The notes below the pieces were generated by a model. That model worked only from the letters and a program-made list of their open reading frames with translations. It was not told the DNA's origin and made no database searches. A DNA stretch of 64,000 bases, taken from the NCBI RefSeq assembly GCF_009914755.1, contig NC_060932.1. The stretch is one strand, 5' to 3'. The stretch's first letter is position 1. The number at the start of each line of letters is the position of its first letter. Below, piece after piece: positions 28,221 through 45,467 of the stretch. The stretch is from the human T2T-CHM13v2.0 reference genome, Homo sapiens. Made by a program: the position numbers and the translations under genes.

Positions 28221-29180
28221 ATCCTTACAATTCAACAAAAACAACTCAGTAACTCCTATAACTCAACAACAAGAAAAAACAACCCAATTAAATATCGACA
28301 AAAGAACTTAATAGGAATTTATCCAAAGACAATATACAGATAGTCAATAAGCACATGCAAAAATGTTCAATGTAACTAATCATTAGGGAAATCCAAATCA
28401 AAACCACAATGAAACACCATTTCACACTTAGGGTGGCTATTGTATTTTAAAATTAAAAAAATACCACCATAAAATAGCGAGAGTTGAAGTGAATGTGGAG
28501 AAAATGCAACCCTTGTACACTGCTTAATGGAATGTAAAATGGTGTAGCCAGTGAGAAAGACAGCATGGACATTCCTCAAAAAATTAGACATAGAGTTACC
28601 ATTTAATCTAGCAATTCCACTTCTGGGAGTATGCCCCAAAAAACTGAAAGCAGAGATTTCAACAGATATTTATACATAAATGCTCATAGCAGCATTATTC
28701 ACAATGGTCCACAAAAGGTGGAGACAACCAAAATGTCCATTAATGGAGGAATAAATAAATAAAATGTAGTATATCTGTACATTTGAATATTATTAAGTTT
28801 TAAAAAGAAGTAAAATTCTGACACATACTGTAACATGAATGAACTGTGAAGACATTATGCAAAGTGAAATAAACCAGAAACAAAAGGACAAATACTGTTA
28901 TAATTCCACTTATACACAGTACCTAGAGTAGTCAAATTTATGGACATACAAAGTAGAATGGTGGTTTTCAAGGACTGAGGTTAAGGGTAGATGGGAAATT
29001 ATTGTTTAATGGGTAGAAAGTTTCAATTTGAGAAAATGAAAAAGTCTAGTGACTGACAGTGGTGATGGTTATAACAATAGTGTGAATATACTTAATGCCA
29101 CTGAACTGGATCCCAAAAATATGCTAACATGGTAAATTTTATGTTATGTATATTTTACCAAAATTAAAAAAACATTAATA

Positions 29181-29505
29181 GTTTGGACACAGTGGCTTAT
29201 GCCTGTAATCCCAGGACTTTAGGAGGCTTAGGTGAGAGGATTCCTTGAGGCCAGGAGTTTGAGACTAGCTTGGGCAAAGTAGGGAGACTCCATCTCTACA
29301 AATAATTAAAAACAACTTAAAAAAAGCTGGGCATGGTGGTGGTCACCTGTGGTCCCAGCTACTTGGGAGGCTGAGGCAGAAGGATCACCTGATTCTGGGA
29401 GGTCAAGGCTGAAGTAGCCATGATTGTGCCACTGCACTCCAGTGGCACACTGCACTGGGCGACAGAGTGAGACCCTGTCACAAAACAAAAACAAAAATGA
29501 AAAAC
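29181..29505 (+). mobile_element. Alu (AluJ-like)
   Basis: cttgaggccaggagtttgagac...ggaggtcaaggctg; (CAAAA)n tail. Confidence 0.93.
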
Positions 29506-30119
29506 AAGCAAATAAATGCCAGAAACATTAGTAGATATTGTTGCACAGATAAGATCCAGTGTGGGCAAGATGATATTTCGATAAAGTTATACATGCTTCA
29601 AAAATATAAGAAAAAAAGAATAATTTTCCCACATAAAGGTATAATTTAGGGAAATTAAAATGTTAAGTGTTCCAAAATGAGGAAGAAATGAAGAAAAAAA
29701 GAGGGTTTGTATATGCATTTTGCAAGAGACTTGTCAAAGGTCTAACAGAGGATTCTTTCATTTACAGTGTCTAATTCAGGAATTGTTTGTGGTTGAAAGC
29801 CAAACTGCTCCAATATATTACACTTTTAAATCGAGGAATCCCAAATTTTCCCAGGATTTCTTTCAGTCAGTAGAATGAAAGTCATTTAACTTTAACTTTT
29901 AAATTTCGTTTACAAGAAACTTCTTCCTTAGGTAGTATTTTAGTTTTCTGCAGAATTTCTAAAGGTATGTCTAAGAGTCTCCAAAACTAATATTCTACAC
30001 AATTCTTATTGCACTGATTTCCTGCTGGGTCCTATATTTCTGTTGAGAAACAGGATCTCAGTTGATACTTCATTATGGTTCCTGTGGGGTACAGAGAACC
30101 TAGTAAGAGAAAATTTACA

Positions 30120-30415
30120 GGCCAGGCACGGTGGTTCACACTTGTAATCCCAGCACTTTGGGAGGCTGAGGCAGGAGGATTGCTTGAGGCTGGGAGTTTG
30201 AGACTGGCCTGGGCCATGTGGTGAAACCATATCTCTACAAAAAGTAAACAAAATAAGCCAGGCATGGGAGCATGCACCTGTAGCCCCAGCTACTCTGGAG
30301 GCTGAGGTGAAAGGATCACTTCAGCCCAAAAGATAGAGATAGCAGTGAACCAAGATCACATCCTGTGCCGAGGCAACAGAGTGAGACCCTGTCTCAAAAA
30401 AAAAAAAAAAAAAAA
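30120..30415 (+). mobile_element. Alu (AluJ-like)
   Basis: Dimer with ggaggattgcttgagg and poly(A); degenerate TSD aagagaaaatttaca / aagaaaaaaattaca. Confidence 0.95.
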
Positions 30416-33400
30416 GGGGGGAGATACGAAGAAAAAAATTACATTTGTGTATAGGGCCAATAGGAAATGTTTTAAAATATCTAGGAATGTTAAAAGTAGC
30501 ATTTTCTTTTCATTAGGTTAGACTGATAACTAAATGGTATTCCTTGTCTATTCAGTTACTTGGCTTTTTCTTTATCTTAATTCCCTTACAGCCTTTCACA
30601 AATGTTCTTTGAACAGACTTTCTCCATCCCCTGAAACTCCCTTTGCCTGCATCTTGGCTTCTGAACCTCTCCGGGCTGTCTATACAGTTTTTTGGATATA
30701 ACTAGACTCTGAGTGTCAGTTTGTACCCAGTTGAAACCTCCACTGAAGATGTATTCTAGACCGTTTAAAACAGGGATTGCTGAAATAAAATTATATCCAT
30801 TGATGTAGAATATTTATCACATTACATGTGAACAGGTAATCATAGGTCTGAAGTAATAATCTAAACATTTGCTAAGTATTCCAAACATTTTCTATACTAA
30901 AACTCTGGAAATAGATTGAAGTCTATTTTTAAATAAATGTATTTTTTAAAGAAAACAAACAAAACGTCTCTGAAATATTAGGATGGTCATTTTTTTCTGT
31001 TATCAGCATATTTAAAACATTTAGACAAATCGAAATGGATGTTACGCGTTTTCTTCCAAACATGTGACAAGAAGGCAAATGCATTCTATATAATTTATTT
31101 GAAAATAAAGGTTTTTGCTTAGTTCATCAGCTATTCCATAAAGAATAGAATGAATGAATGAGAGAACAGTTTGAAAAGCCAGCTATGCTTTTGTGTGGAT
31201 TTTTTCTCTACCTTGCTTATTGTGTCCAAAAAAAGAAAAAGAAATGATCAAATATTTGCAGTGTGATCTCTGGTGAACGCTTCCGAGAGAGGGTTTTGTG
31301 AACACTGGTTTTGTGCTGTTAAGGCAGCAGTGACTTCTCTGAACTCTCTGGTCTCTCTTTATCTCTCCTCTATTCCACTACTAAACCAAAGGATTTTAGG
31401 TTGAGGTCAAGCTGTGGTTGGTGGAGGCTCAGAGTTCTGTTACATTCTTTGGAAAGACAGTTAGCAATCCTCTTTTTGGGGCCATTAATTAAGGATTAAA
31501 CAGAAGAATCACTTTATTTCATTCCTCCAAAATATTTTCCAGATCTGTTATCCTGTATTCTACTGACATCTATTTTCAGTAACTTATAGATGTTCTATCC
31601 TGGTTTTTATTATAAGATTTTAGACCACAAAAAAATAATAAAAGGGAGAAATATAGTCTTTTAACATAAAATTGATTAAAGTAGAAGTATTTAGAAACAC
31701 TCTGATAAAGAAAAAGTTGCATATTATATACAATATATACTGCAGAAATAATTTTGGAGGCTTTATCTAAATAATATGAGTTATTAAGACAATTCTTATC
31801 TGTTCTTAATTATTTAAACAATTCAGATGGAAGTCATGTTCTCACGTAATTATAATGTGAACTACAGGATAAACACATCTATTTGTGTGTCCCAGCCAGA
31901 TTTTATGACTGATAAATGTTGCCCTAGCCATATTGATTGTGCAGTGATCCACATCAGTCAATAAAGCTACAGCTTTAAGCTACATGCGTAGAACAAAGCT
32001 CCAATGAAACACTCAATAAATAGTGATTGATTTATTTCTGGATTTCCTGGTTTGCTTTTATTTGTGGGCTATATAAATGCAGATAGGTAATTGGCCTAGA
32101 GCTATTTTGACAATTGTGGATCTATGGTCTTGCTTCAGAATCTCCATATTTACAAATCTAGATATAAATATCATGGCATTTTTATTCAAGCAGGTAGAAC
32201 TATTGTTCATGCACATAGATTCCAGTATGATGAATTTCTATTGCATTTCTGTCTGCTTCTTTCCAAATCCAGAGAAGGCAGAAAGCATGACTGGAATTTC
32301 TAAAGTGAAACTTTGCACATCAACATAGAAAAAGGAAAATGGCAGAATCCAAAGTAAAACAGTGTTAAACATTTCCACTTAAAAATGCTCATAATGTTTG
32401 ATTTTCCAAAAATAAGAAAAAAGAAACTTGCTCTATTGCTTGTTGTACAAGACTAGTTGCATATAATGTACAGACAGTCAAAACTGAACCACCTTCAAGG
32501 GCCACAGAAGAGCCATACACTTGTTAGCTAGAAGTAAGATGATAAAGAATGTTGCTAAATACAGTAATATACAAAGCATATGCCTCAACCCAAAGTGCTC
32601 AAATAACTAACAAAAAACAAAACAACAAACAAACAAGAAACCAACATGACGGCCAAACACAAGCATAATAGAATGCTTTGGCTGTCTTCTGCCTGCTGGC
32701 AGCTGGATTGTGACTACTGACTACTGGTTTCCATTTCAAAGATGTTGTGTAAAAATAATGTTAAAATGTTATGTATATGTGTGTGTGTGTCTATTCACAT
32801 ATCACACTAATTAGATGTTTCTATCTTTGAGGAAGTCTACTGCAGCTGATTTACTATTGCATCTCTTCAGGTGCTTAGTGCACATTACCTACACTATTTG
32901 CTTATTAATTGCCCCTTCCATAAACACAATGTTTAAATATAATTGTAGCCTTAGCTCCATAGTTTATTTTTAGAGCTTCAGTTTGGGGCTATTAATTGCA
33001 TCCCTTCTCATTTCATGAAAATGGATTTTCCACAAAATAAAAAGTATGTACACTGGACAAACATTTTTTGCTGAGCTTTTCAAGAGTGGGGCATTTTGCT
33101 GGAGTAATCACTGTATGTAAGGAGGGAGAATGAGATTTTACTGTCTCCCAGGAAATAAGAGAGAAGTGACATCTCTTATCCTCTGGAAGTACTTTCTCTA
33201 CTTTTGTTCCTTGCCTATCTATTGATCCCTTTGGTAATCAATGACTTCTCAGTATCCATACTTTACGGTGTTCGTTCAGTTAACATAGATCCTTGTCCCT
33301 GTAGTACTTGACACTAATGAATACTTCTAATTCTTGCCATCCTCTCTTCTCTTTAGGTGGTAATATATTACTCTCATTGTTTGCCTGTTACCTCCCTACT

Positions 33401-34029
33401 CCTTTACCATTTCCTTTTATTCTTCTTCTTCATGAATTCCTAGTGTATTTTTTTAAAGTGCTGTCTTTAGAACCCCCTTCCTTTCTATGCTCTCTCATTC
33501 TCTTTCATTAACTTGATTTTTTTCCAAAAATTTCTACCTTAGCCATTTACTCTTAGGATTTCAGCCATTGTCTTTCTGTGTGCTAGCACCAGATCATTAT
33601 TTCCAGTTCCAATCTGTCTTCTGACTGTTACATTCTAATAACTGCTTCATTGACCTGTACACTTGCATACACTTCCAGCACATCAAGGCATACTTACCAT
33701 TTGCAAAACTGAAGACATCAGTTCTTTTCTAAAATGTCTTTCTCTTCCTGAATTTTTTCAGCATTTCTGTTAGGGATGGCTCTATCTCTTCCAATGGCAA
33801 CAACTAGTACTTTAGTTATTTCTATTTTGTTTTACTATACATTCTTTCTCAATATCACAATTTGAATAATTCATTTGCCTTGTAACTATTTTCAAGGCCC
33901 TCATTCCTTTTATAGATTTAGTTATTTTCTTTTATTTATTTTCCTTTGATTTCCCACAAACTATTATAGTAGTATATGCATTTAGTAGCTCTTGGCTATA
34001 AGGAACATAAACCAAATTAAGTTTTTGAA

Positions 34030-35200
34030 TAATCTTTTAAATTTTGAAATAATTATAGTTTTTCAGAAAAGTTACAAGCAAGGTGCAGAGTTACTGTATA
34101 CTCTTGATTTAGTTTCCCCTTGCTTAAATGGCACATTTGTCAAAGCTAAGAAATTGAAATTGGTAAAATACTATTAACCAAATAGAGACTTTATTATAAT
34201 TTCAGCATTGTTCCAGAATCCAATGCATGACACCACACTGCAGTTTGTCATTTTAAGTAGCGTTTTCTTTTCATTAGGTTAGACTGATAACTAAATGGCA
34301 TTCCTTGTCTGTTTATTTACTTGGCTTTTTCTTTATCTTAATTCCCTTATATGTTCTGGTGTGTTGGAGTTTCTTAGTCTTTCCTTATCAATCTTGTTAT
34401 TGAAAATTTGAAGACAATTGAAGAATTCTTTCCATTTGGGTTGGTTTGATGTTATCTCCAAGATTAGACTGGGATTAAGAGTTTTTTTCCTAGAAGATTC
34501 CAACAGATAATTACTATGTAAATTATTTCTCTCATCAAATCATATCTCAAGGCACATATCAATATCAATATATCAGCATTACTTATTATTGGAGTTGTAA
34601 GATTCTGCATCATATATGTAATTTAAAAATATTTAATCTCAGTCTGAGGCTTGTCTTTTCATTGTCTTAGTCATGTATGTTACAGAGAAAATATCAGAAT
34701 TTCAATAAAGACCAATTTATCAATATTTTTTCTTTATGAATTGTGCAATTTGTGTTGCCTTTTTAAAACTCATCACATAATTCAAGATTACATAGATTTT
34801 CTCCTATGACTATTTCTAGAAATCCTGTAATTTTATATTTAGGTCTCTAATTCATTTTCAGTTAATTTTTAAAGCGGTGTAAGATATGTCTCAAAGTTTA
34901 TATTTCTCCTGCCAAAGTTCAATTGTTTGAGGAATTTCTGATGAAAAGACTATGTTTTCTGCAGTGAATTTCTTTTGCTTTTGGTAAAAATCAGTTAACT
35001 ATATTTGTGAAATATATTTCCTCATTAAAAAATTGCTCTATTTAAATCTTATACCAACAGTGGGGTTTCTTTTAAGAAGCATATAGACAGGCTTTGCTTT
35101 CTTTTCCAATCTGACAATTTTTGTCATTCAGTGTATTTTTAGAAGTTCACATTTAAAGTAATCATTAAAATGGTTGGATAAAAACCTGTTGTCTTCTGAG
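34030..35200 (-). mobile_element. L1MC-like fragments
   Basis: gttccagaatccaatgcatgacaccacactgca...gtttcttagtctttcc...attagactggg; continues into antisense ORF2 motifs. Confidence 0.7.
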
Positions 35201-35204
35201 CTGC

Positions 35205-37835
35205 TTTATTTTTTATTGATACATAATATATTACATATTTGTGGGGTATATGTGATATTTTGTTGCATGCATATAATGTGTAATGATAAAGTCAAAATAT
35301 TTGGGGCATCCATCACCTTGAGTATTCATCATTTCTACGTAGTGGAAACATTTCAAATTCTCCCTTCTAGTCAGTTTGAAATATAAAATACATTGTTGCT
35401 AACTATGCTCACCCTACTCTATTGAATATTAGAACTGAAACTTTCTATCTAACTGTAAGTTGGCACTCATTGACCAACATCACTTAATCCCTCCCCCACC
35501 CCACACACATCCTTTCCAGCCTCTGGTTTTCATCATTCTACTTTCTACCACCATAGATCAACATTTTTATCTGTCAAATATGAGTGAGAACATTTGAAAT
35601 TTGTCTTTCTGTGTCTGGTTTATTTCACTTAACATAATGACCTCCAGTTCCATATCTGTTACTGTAAGTAATGTGATTTTATTCTTTTTTATGGCTGAAT
35701 AGCATTTCATTGTTTGTATATATACATTTTCTTTATCCATTCATTTGCTGATAGGCACTTAGGTTGATTCCATATCTATGCTATTGTCAATAGTGCTGCA
35801 ATAAACATGCAAGTATAGGTACCACTTTGATATACTAATATATTTTCCTTTGGATAGATAACCAGTAGTGGGATTGCTGAATTATATAGTAGTTCCATGT
35901 TAGCTTTGTGAGAAATTTTCATACTATTTTCTGTAATGGCTATATAAAATTCCCACCAAGAGTGTGTAAGAGTTCCCTTTTCTGTGCAACCTCACCAGAA
36001 TCTGTTATTTTTTTTCATTTTAATAGTAGTCATTTTAACTAGGGTAAGATAATATGTCAAGTTTTGACTTGCATTTCTTTGATGATTAATTATGTTGAGC
36101 TTTTCTCATATGCTTATTGTCCATTTATATGTTTTCTTTTGAGAAATGTCCATTCATGTCTTTTTCCCACTTTATAATGGAAACGTGTGTGTGTGTGTGT
36201 GTTTGTGTGTGTGTTTAACAGGTTGTTCCTTCACTCTGTTGATTCTTTCTTTTGCTATCTATGCATAAGCTTCTTAGATTGATATAATCCCATTTTGTCT
36301 ATTTTTGTTTCTTTTGTCTGTGCTTTGAAATCTTAGTCATAAAATCTTTACCTTATGTTTCTTCTAGTAGCTTTGTATTTTGGGGTTTTACATTTAAGTC
36401 CTGAATTCATTTTGAGCTGATTTTTGTATATGTTGAGAGACCAGGGTCCAGTTTCATTCTTCTATGTATAGATATCCAATTTTCCCAGCACCATTTATTG
36501 AAGAGGGTATCTTTTCCCCGGGCACATTCTTACTGGTTTTGTCAAAGACCAATTGGCTGTAAATATGTGGATTTATTTTTATATTTTCTATTCTGTTCCA
36601 TTGGTCTATGCATTTGTTTTTGTACCAATACCATGCTGTGTGAGTTACCATAAACTTGTAAAATATTTTGAAGTCAGGCAGTGTGATGCCTCTAGGTTTT
36701 TTTTGTTTGTTTGTTTTTTCCCCCTCAGGATTGCTTTGGCTATTTGGGCCCTTTTTTGGCTCCATATGAATGTCAGGATTAAAAAAAAAATCTGTGAAAA
36801 ATGGCATTGATATTTTGCTAGGAATTGCATTGAATTTGTAGATTGCTTTGGGCAGAATGGTCACTTTAACAACATGAATTCTTCCAGTCCATGAGCATGG
36901 GATGTCTTCCATTTTTCTTTTGTGTGTCCTCTTCAGTTTCTGTCATCAGTGTTTTGTACTTTTACTTTCAGAGATCTTTCACCTGCTTGGTTACATTTAT
37001 TTCTAGGTACTTGTTGTTGTCGTCATTGTTGTTGCTATTGTAAATGGGATTGCCTTCTTGATTTATTTCTCAGCTAGTTTGTTCATAGTGTATAGAAATT
37101 GTACTGATTTTTGTGCATTGATTTTGTATTCTGTAATTTTACTGAATGTATTGATTGCATCTTGGAGGTTTTTTGGGGAAGTCTAGGTTTCTCTAGATAT
37201 AAAATCATGTCATCAGCAAAAAAAGGATAATTTCAATTCCTGTTTTCACATTTGGATGCCTTTTATTTCTTCCTGTTGCTTGATTGCTCTGGCTATGATT
37301 TCTATTACTGCTTTGAAGAGGAGGTCTTGTCCTCTTTCAGTTCATAAAGGAATGACTTTCAATTTTTCTACATTCGGTTTTCCCCATTCCGTCTGATGCT
37401 ATCTGTGGCTTTGTTATATATGGCTTTTATTATGTTGAGATATGCTCCTTCTATGCCTAGTTTGTTGAGACTTTTTATCATGAATTAATGTTAAATTTTA
37501 TGAAATGCTTTTTCTGTGTCTATCAAGATGATCATATGATTTTTGTTTTTCATTCTGTTGATGTGATATATCATGTTTATTGATTTGCATATGTTGAATC
37601 ATCCTTGCATCCCTGGGATAAATCCAACTTGATCGTGGTGTGTTATCTTTTTGATGTGCTGTTGGAAACAGTTTGCTAGTACTTTGCTGAAAATTTTTGC
37701 ATCTATATTTATCAGGGATATTGGCTTGTAGTTTTCTTTATTGCATCTTTGTCTGACTTTGCTATCAGGATAATGCTGGTCTCATAGAATGACTTAGGGA
37801 TAATTATTCCTGTTATTTTTTTTGGAATAGTTTGA
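35205..37835 (-). mobile_element. L1MA (L1MA1-4-like) 3' 2.6 kb
   Basis: 3'UTR tttattgatacataat...catccatcaccttgagtatt; ORF 36454..36912 gives ORF2 homology ([37 protein letters not shown]). Confidence 0.93.
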
Positions 37836-37844
37836 GAAGAGCTA

Positions 37845-40120
<2,276 letters not shown>

Positions 40121-42004
40121 AGCAGAGACTTGATTAATTTGACTTTTCTATTTTTTTCAAATCTATTGTTTATAAATAAACTTTAGTGCAGCAACCTTTA
40201 ATATTTAATTTTGAGACTGAAATGCCATAGTTACAATGTTTTTTCATTTTCTTTCCTCTTAAGATAATTGTCTCTTGTCAAAGCCTATTTTGATAATACT
40301 GTTGATTAACTCTGTTTAACAAAAATTGTTTTCTTCCTCATGGCTCAGAAAGACATGATCATCACATAATCATACCAGAAATCCTAAAACATTTCAGTTA
40401 TTGGAAGAAATCAATATGTTTAAATTTTATTTTTTTCAAGTACACCCATTTTATTGTAATATTTGCATTAATAATTTATTTTTTATATTTTGTAGTATCA
40501 AGACTCCACCTTTTAAATCATAGATATATTTTAGTGACTTCTAGATATAATATTCTTAAAAGCACTTTTATTGAGGTATGATTGACCTTCAAAAAGCCAT
40601 ATATACTTAAGGCAAACAACATGATGAGTTTGGAGATAAGGATACACCTGTGAAACCATCAGCACAATGTATGACGTAAACTCATCCATCACTTTTATAA
40701 GTGTCTTCTTATATTGATCACAAAATTATACAAGTGGATATTGGTCATACTAGTTGCTTACATTTCAGAACTAATAGGTATTATAATAGGTATTAACAGA
40801 GTGCTCAAGAGTTGTTATAAAAATTCTATGTTTCTAACAGCTCACTTAATGAAAATATTTGTTAGATCATGTTTAAAATTTTTCAAAAATGTAAATATGA
40901 CTTAACTATAAGAAGTTTAAGAAACTGTAGTACAGTGCTAATGAAACAGTGGAATAATTAAATACAAAAGAAAGAAAGAAACTCCTCTGCAGTGCTGACG
41001 AATATCAGAGGAAACAAAAAGCTGGTAATGACAAGTGGAAATAACATAGGATGAGTCAAACAGAAGGATGTACTGGTTGTGAATTAGCAACAAGCTAAAG
41101 TTAATGTGGAACAACCTAAAATTATACAAGCACTATAAGAAGACATACTAAGTGTGAATTAAAAATGTTGAGCAAATGTAATTGAAATCTTAATTTATAT
41201 AAATTTAACTAGCTAAATAAAATGAATTAAAATATTCATAAGATATATTAGGGCCTGGTAAAATGGTACATTTTATGTTATTGTTCAATCGAAAAGATCT
41301 TTAAGATCATAGGATATCTATCATTAATCTTGCTATTGATAACTAGCATAAAGTACTTGAGTGTGAAACTGATTAATATACAAATCATTGAACTCTGACT
41401 AAATAAATTAAGGAAATTAGGAAAAAATAGAAAATCTTTTAGATTAAGAGCCTTATATAGAATACAGAAAACTGACTGATGTATCTCTCATGTTACAGGA
41501 AAAGAATCTTATTTTTGATTCATCCCTTTTATTTTAACAACCAGAATATCAGACTTTCTGTTTGTTTGTTGGTTTTCAAAGGGTTACATAGAGTATAATA
41601 TGCATTGCCTAATACTTAAAACGATGTTGATGCTTATAAAGACAGTTCTTCAACAACGCAGATCACATCTGTGTGTTTATTCTAAGCTCCATGTAAAACA
41701 ATGTATATAACTAAAACATTTTGTCTACAGAAAGCATGTTCACTTTCAGGACTCAAGAGAAACAGGAGTCTGAGATTACTATATCAAATTTGCTTTTGGA
41801 ATTTTTTTGCCTACTGGACTATCTCCTAACTTCACTGAACACATGCTAAAATCATTGTAGCTGACCCAAGACTATAGAATTCATTTGCCAAAGCATTTAC
41901 AAGTTCCAGCAAAAATAAGGTTTTACTCAGATCATTGTACAGAGCTAAATAAAAATTGGCATGACTATTTATCCTTGAAGAAAAGCATATAGAAAACATG
42001 TTTT

Positions 42005-42394
<390 letters not shown>

Positions 42395-42759
42395 TGAACT
42401 ACAGTCAGGGTTGGAGAAGATTGCTAGGATATGTGAAAGAATCACTCTTTTATATTATATTGAAGTTTATAAGTTCTTGCTGAACAGCAGATAATGTGCA
42501 ATAATTTGGGGTATAGTTTAGTCATGAACCTGACAATGGGAGAAGTAATGGTTATAAAATAATTTTTTAAAGAGTAGAAAACACACAGCCAGAGAAAGAG
42601 AACATAGAGGGGGGCATGTATGGCTTTTTGAACAAGATCTCTAGTATATCTGTGGATTTATTATTTATTTAATAGGAAACTTTTTATTATACCATTTCAT
42701 GTTTTCTGAAAATTAGGTCACTCAAAGAAGCATAAAAGAAGCATAAAAGTCAACTGAAA

Positions 42760-43650
42760 AGTCTCCCAATGCCTAAGTTGAAATAATACGAACAACAAAA
42801 TATTGTTGACTTAGAACACCAAAAATAGAATAACCATTCATGAGTCCATTCTGATATAAATAAAAGACTGCATAAATGAATAAATAGGGGAGAAGAAAAG
42901 AATGTTCCATGCAAACGAAATTGAAATAATTTATGTGGATATTCTCTAGCTGGGGAATTATAACATTCTGCTTCTCAAGTGTTGGCTGTGGACAGTGACT
43001 TCTTTCTGCAGACTACAGTGTAGAAAGGGGGACACAGAGAGCTATTTCCCAGGGGGGAAGGCTGACAGACACTACCTCAGTAAGGTGATTAAGGCTAACA
43101 TCAACAGTTATGAATGATGTTGATATTATGCATACTTGATAAGATATGACACAAATGGCACTTTACTTGTGATCTTCCTTCCCTAAATCCATAATACGAG
43201 TCTTATCATAAAGAACAACAACAAAAGAAGCACACTAAAATATGAGACATATTCTAATACAGGATAGAGGAATATTTTGCAAAATACCCAACCAGTATTT
43301 CTCATATCTATTAAGATCATCAAAAGCAAGGGAAGTCCGAGAAACAGTCACAGTCAGGAGATGCCTATGGAAGCATGACAACTAAATGCAATGTCATATC
43401 CTGGATAGGATTTGGAATAGAAAAATGACTTTAGCTAAAACAAAAACACACAGAAAAAAACTGAATAAACTATGGGCTTTAATTAATAATAATATCAATA
43501 TTAATCATTAATGAAAACAAATACACCATAATAGTGTAAGATGTTAACGATAGGAGAAACTGGGTGTAAGGTATATGGGAACTCTCTTTTTAAAATTTTT
43601 CAGTTAATCTAAAACAGTACTAAAAATTAAAATCTATTTTTTAAAAAATG
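42760..43650 (+). mobile_element. L1MC/L1MD 3'UTR
   Basis: acagtgacttctttc...acactacctcag...aggctaacatcaacagt...atgacaactaaatgcaatg...ggtatatgggaactct. Confidence 0.8.
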
Positions 43651-43697
43651 TGATCTCTGATAATAATGCCAAACTTCCCTTTAAAAGAGCCACATCA

Positions 43698-44440
<743 letters not shown>

Positions 44441-45063
44441 GCTACATCAGAGCCTCAAAGTCATACTTTAAAACATAGGAGATTTCTTCAATTACAGCAC
44501 TGAATACTAGAGATAGTCAAACACATACAGACACAAAGAGGGCTTTCCTAATGGCTACAGAGTATTCACAGAACTACAAAAAATTGCAGATAAACAAATC
44601 AACAACCTAAAAATTGGTTTTATCAGACTTTCTATTTTCACATACTGAATATATGGCATATTTAACCTTACCTTGACAGTTTCTTCTATAATCACAACAA
44701 AATTTTATTTCACCCCACATCAATGTCTCAGGAACTAAATTCATAGATACAGGAAAAAAAAAAAAAAAGCTCAAGATGATTGTTCCCTCGCAGATATTGT
44801 TGTAATATCTAGTTCTGTCTCTTTGTAATGGGAACAAAAACACTGAAACTGAGATGCTGACTGGAACAAATAAGCAAACACCCAAATTCCTTTTTTGTAT
44901 CCTTTCCTGTGAAATATCAATTCCAGGAAGATAGAGTGATTTTTTAAATCAGTGAATTAATACTTATTTTCTGACTTGATTTGTAATATACACCTTGAAT
45001 TGTACTAAGTTTTTTAAAGAAGGCAAGATAAAAGCCACTGGCCTTACCTTAGAATTTAGGCAG

Positions 45064-45467
45064 TGTTATGGGCTAAATTTTTTCCCCTCAATTCATATGC
45101 TGAAGCTCTAATTCCAAGTACTTCAGACTGACGTGTTTGGAGATAAGGTCTTTATAGAGGTGATTAATCTAAAACAAGGCTCTTAGGGAGGGTCCAGATC
45201 CAATCTGACTGGTGTCTCCACAAGAAGAGATTAGGACACACAGGAGAGACACCAGGGGGGTGTATGCACAGAAGAAAGGCCACATGAGGAGGAAGGGAGA
45301 AGGTGGCCATCTGCAAGCCAGAAAGAGAGAGGCCTCAGAGAAAATCAATCTTGGTGGCACCTTGATATTGGACTTTTAGCCTTCAAAATGGTGAGAAAAT
45401 AAATTTCTGTTGTTTAAGCCACCAAATGTGTGGTATTTTGTTATGGCAACTCTAGCAAACTAATACA
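45064..45467 (+). mobile_element. MaLR solo LTR (MLT1B-like)
   Basis: tgttatgggctaaat...ggtggccatctgcaagccag...aataaatttctgttgtttaagccacc...aaactaataca. Confidence 0.88.
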
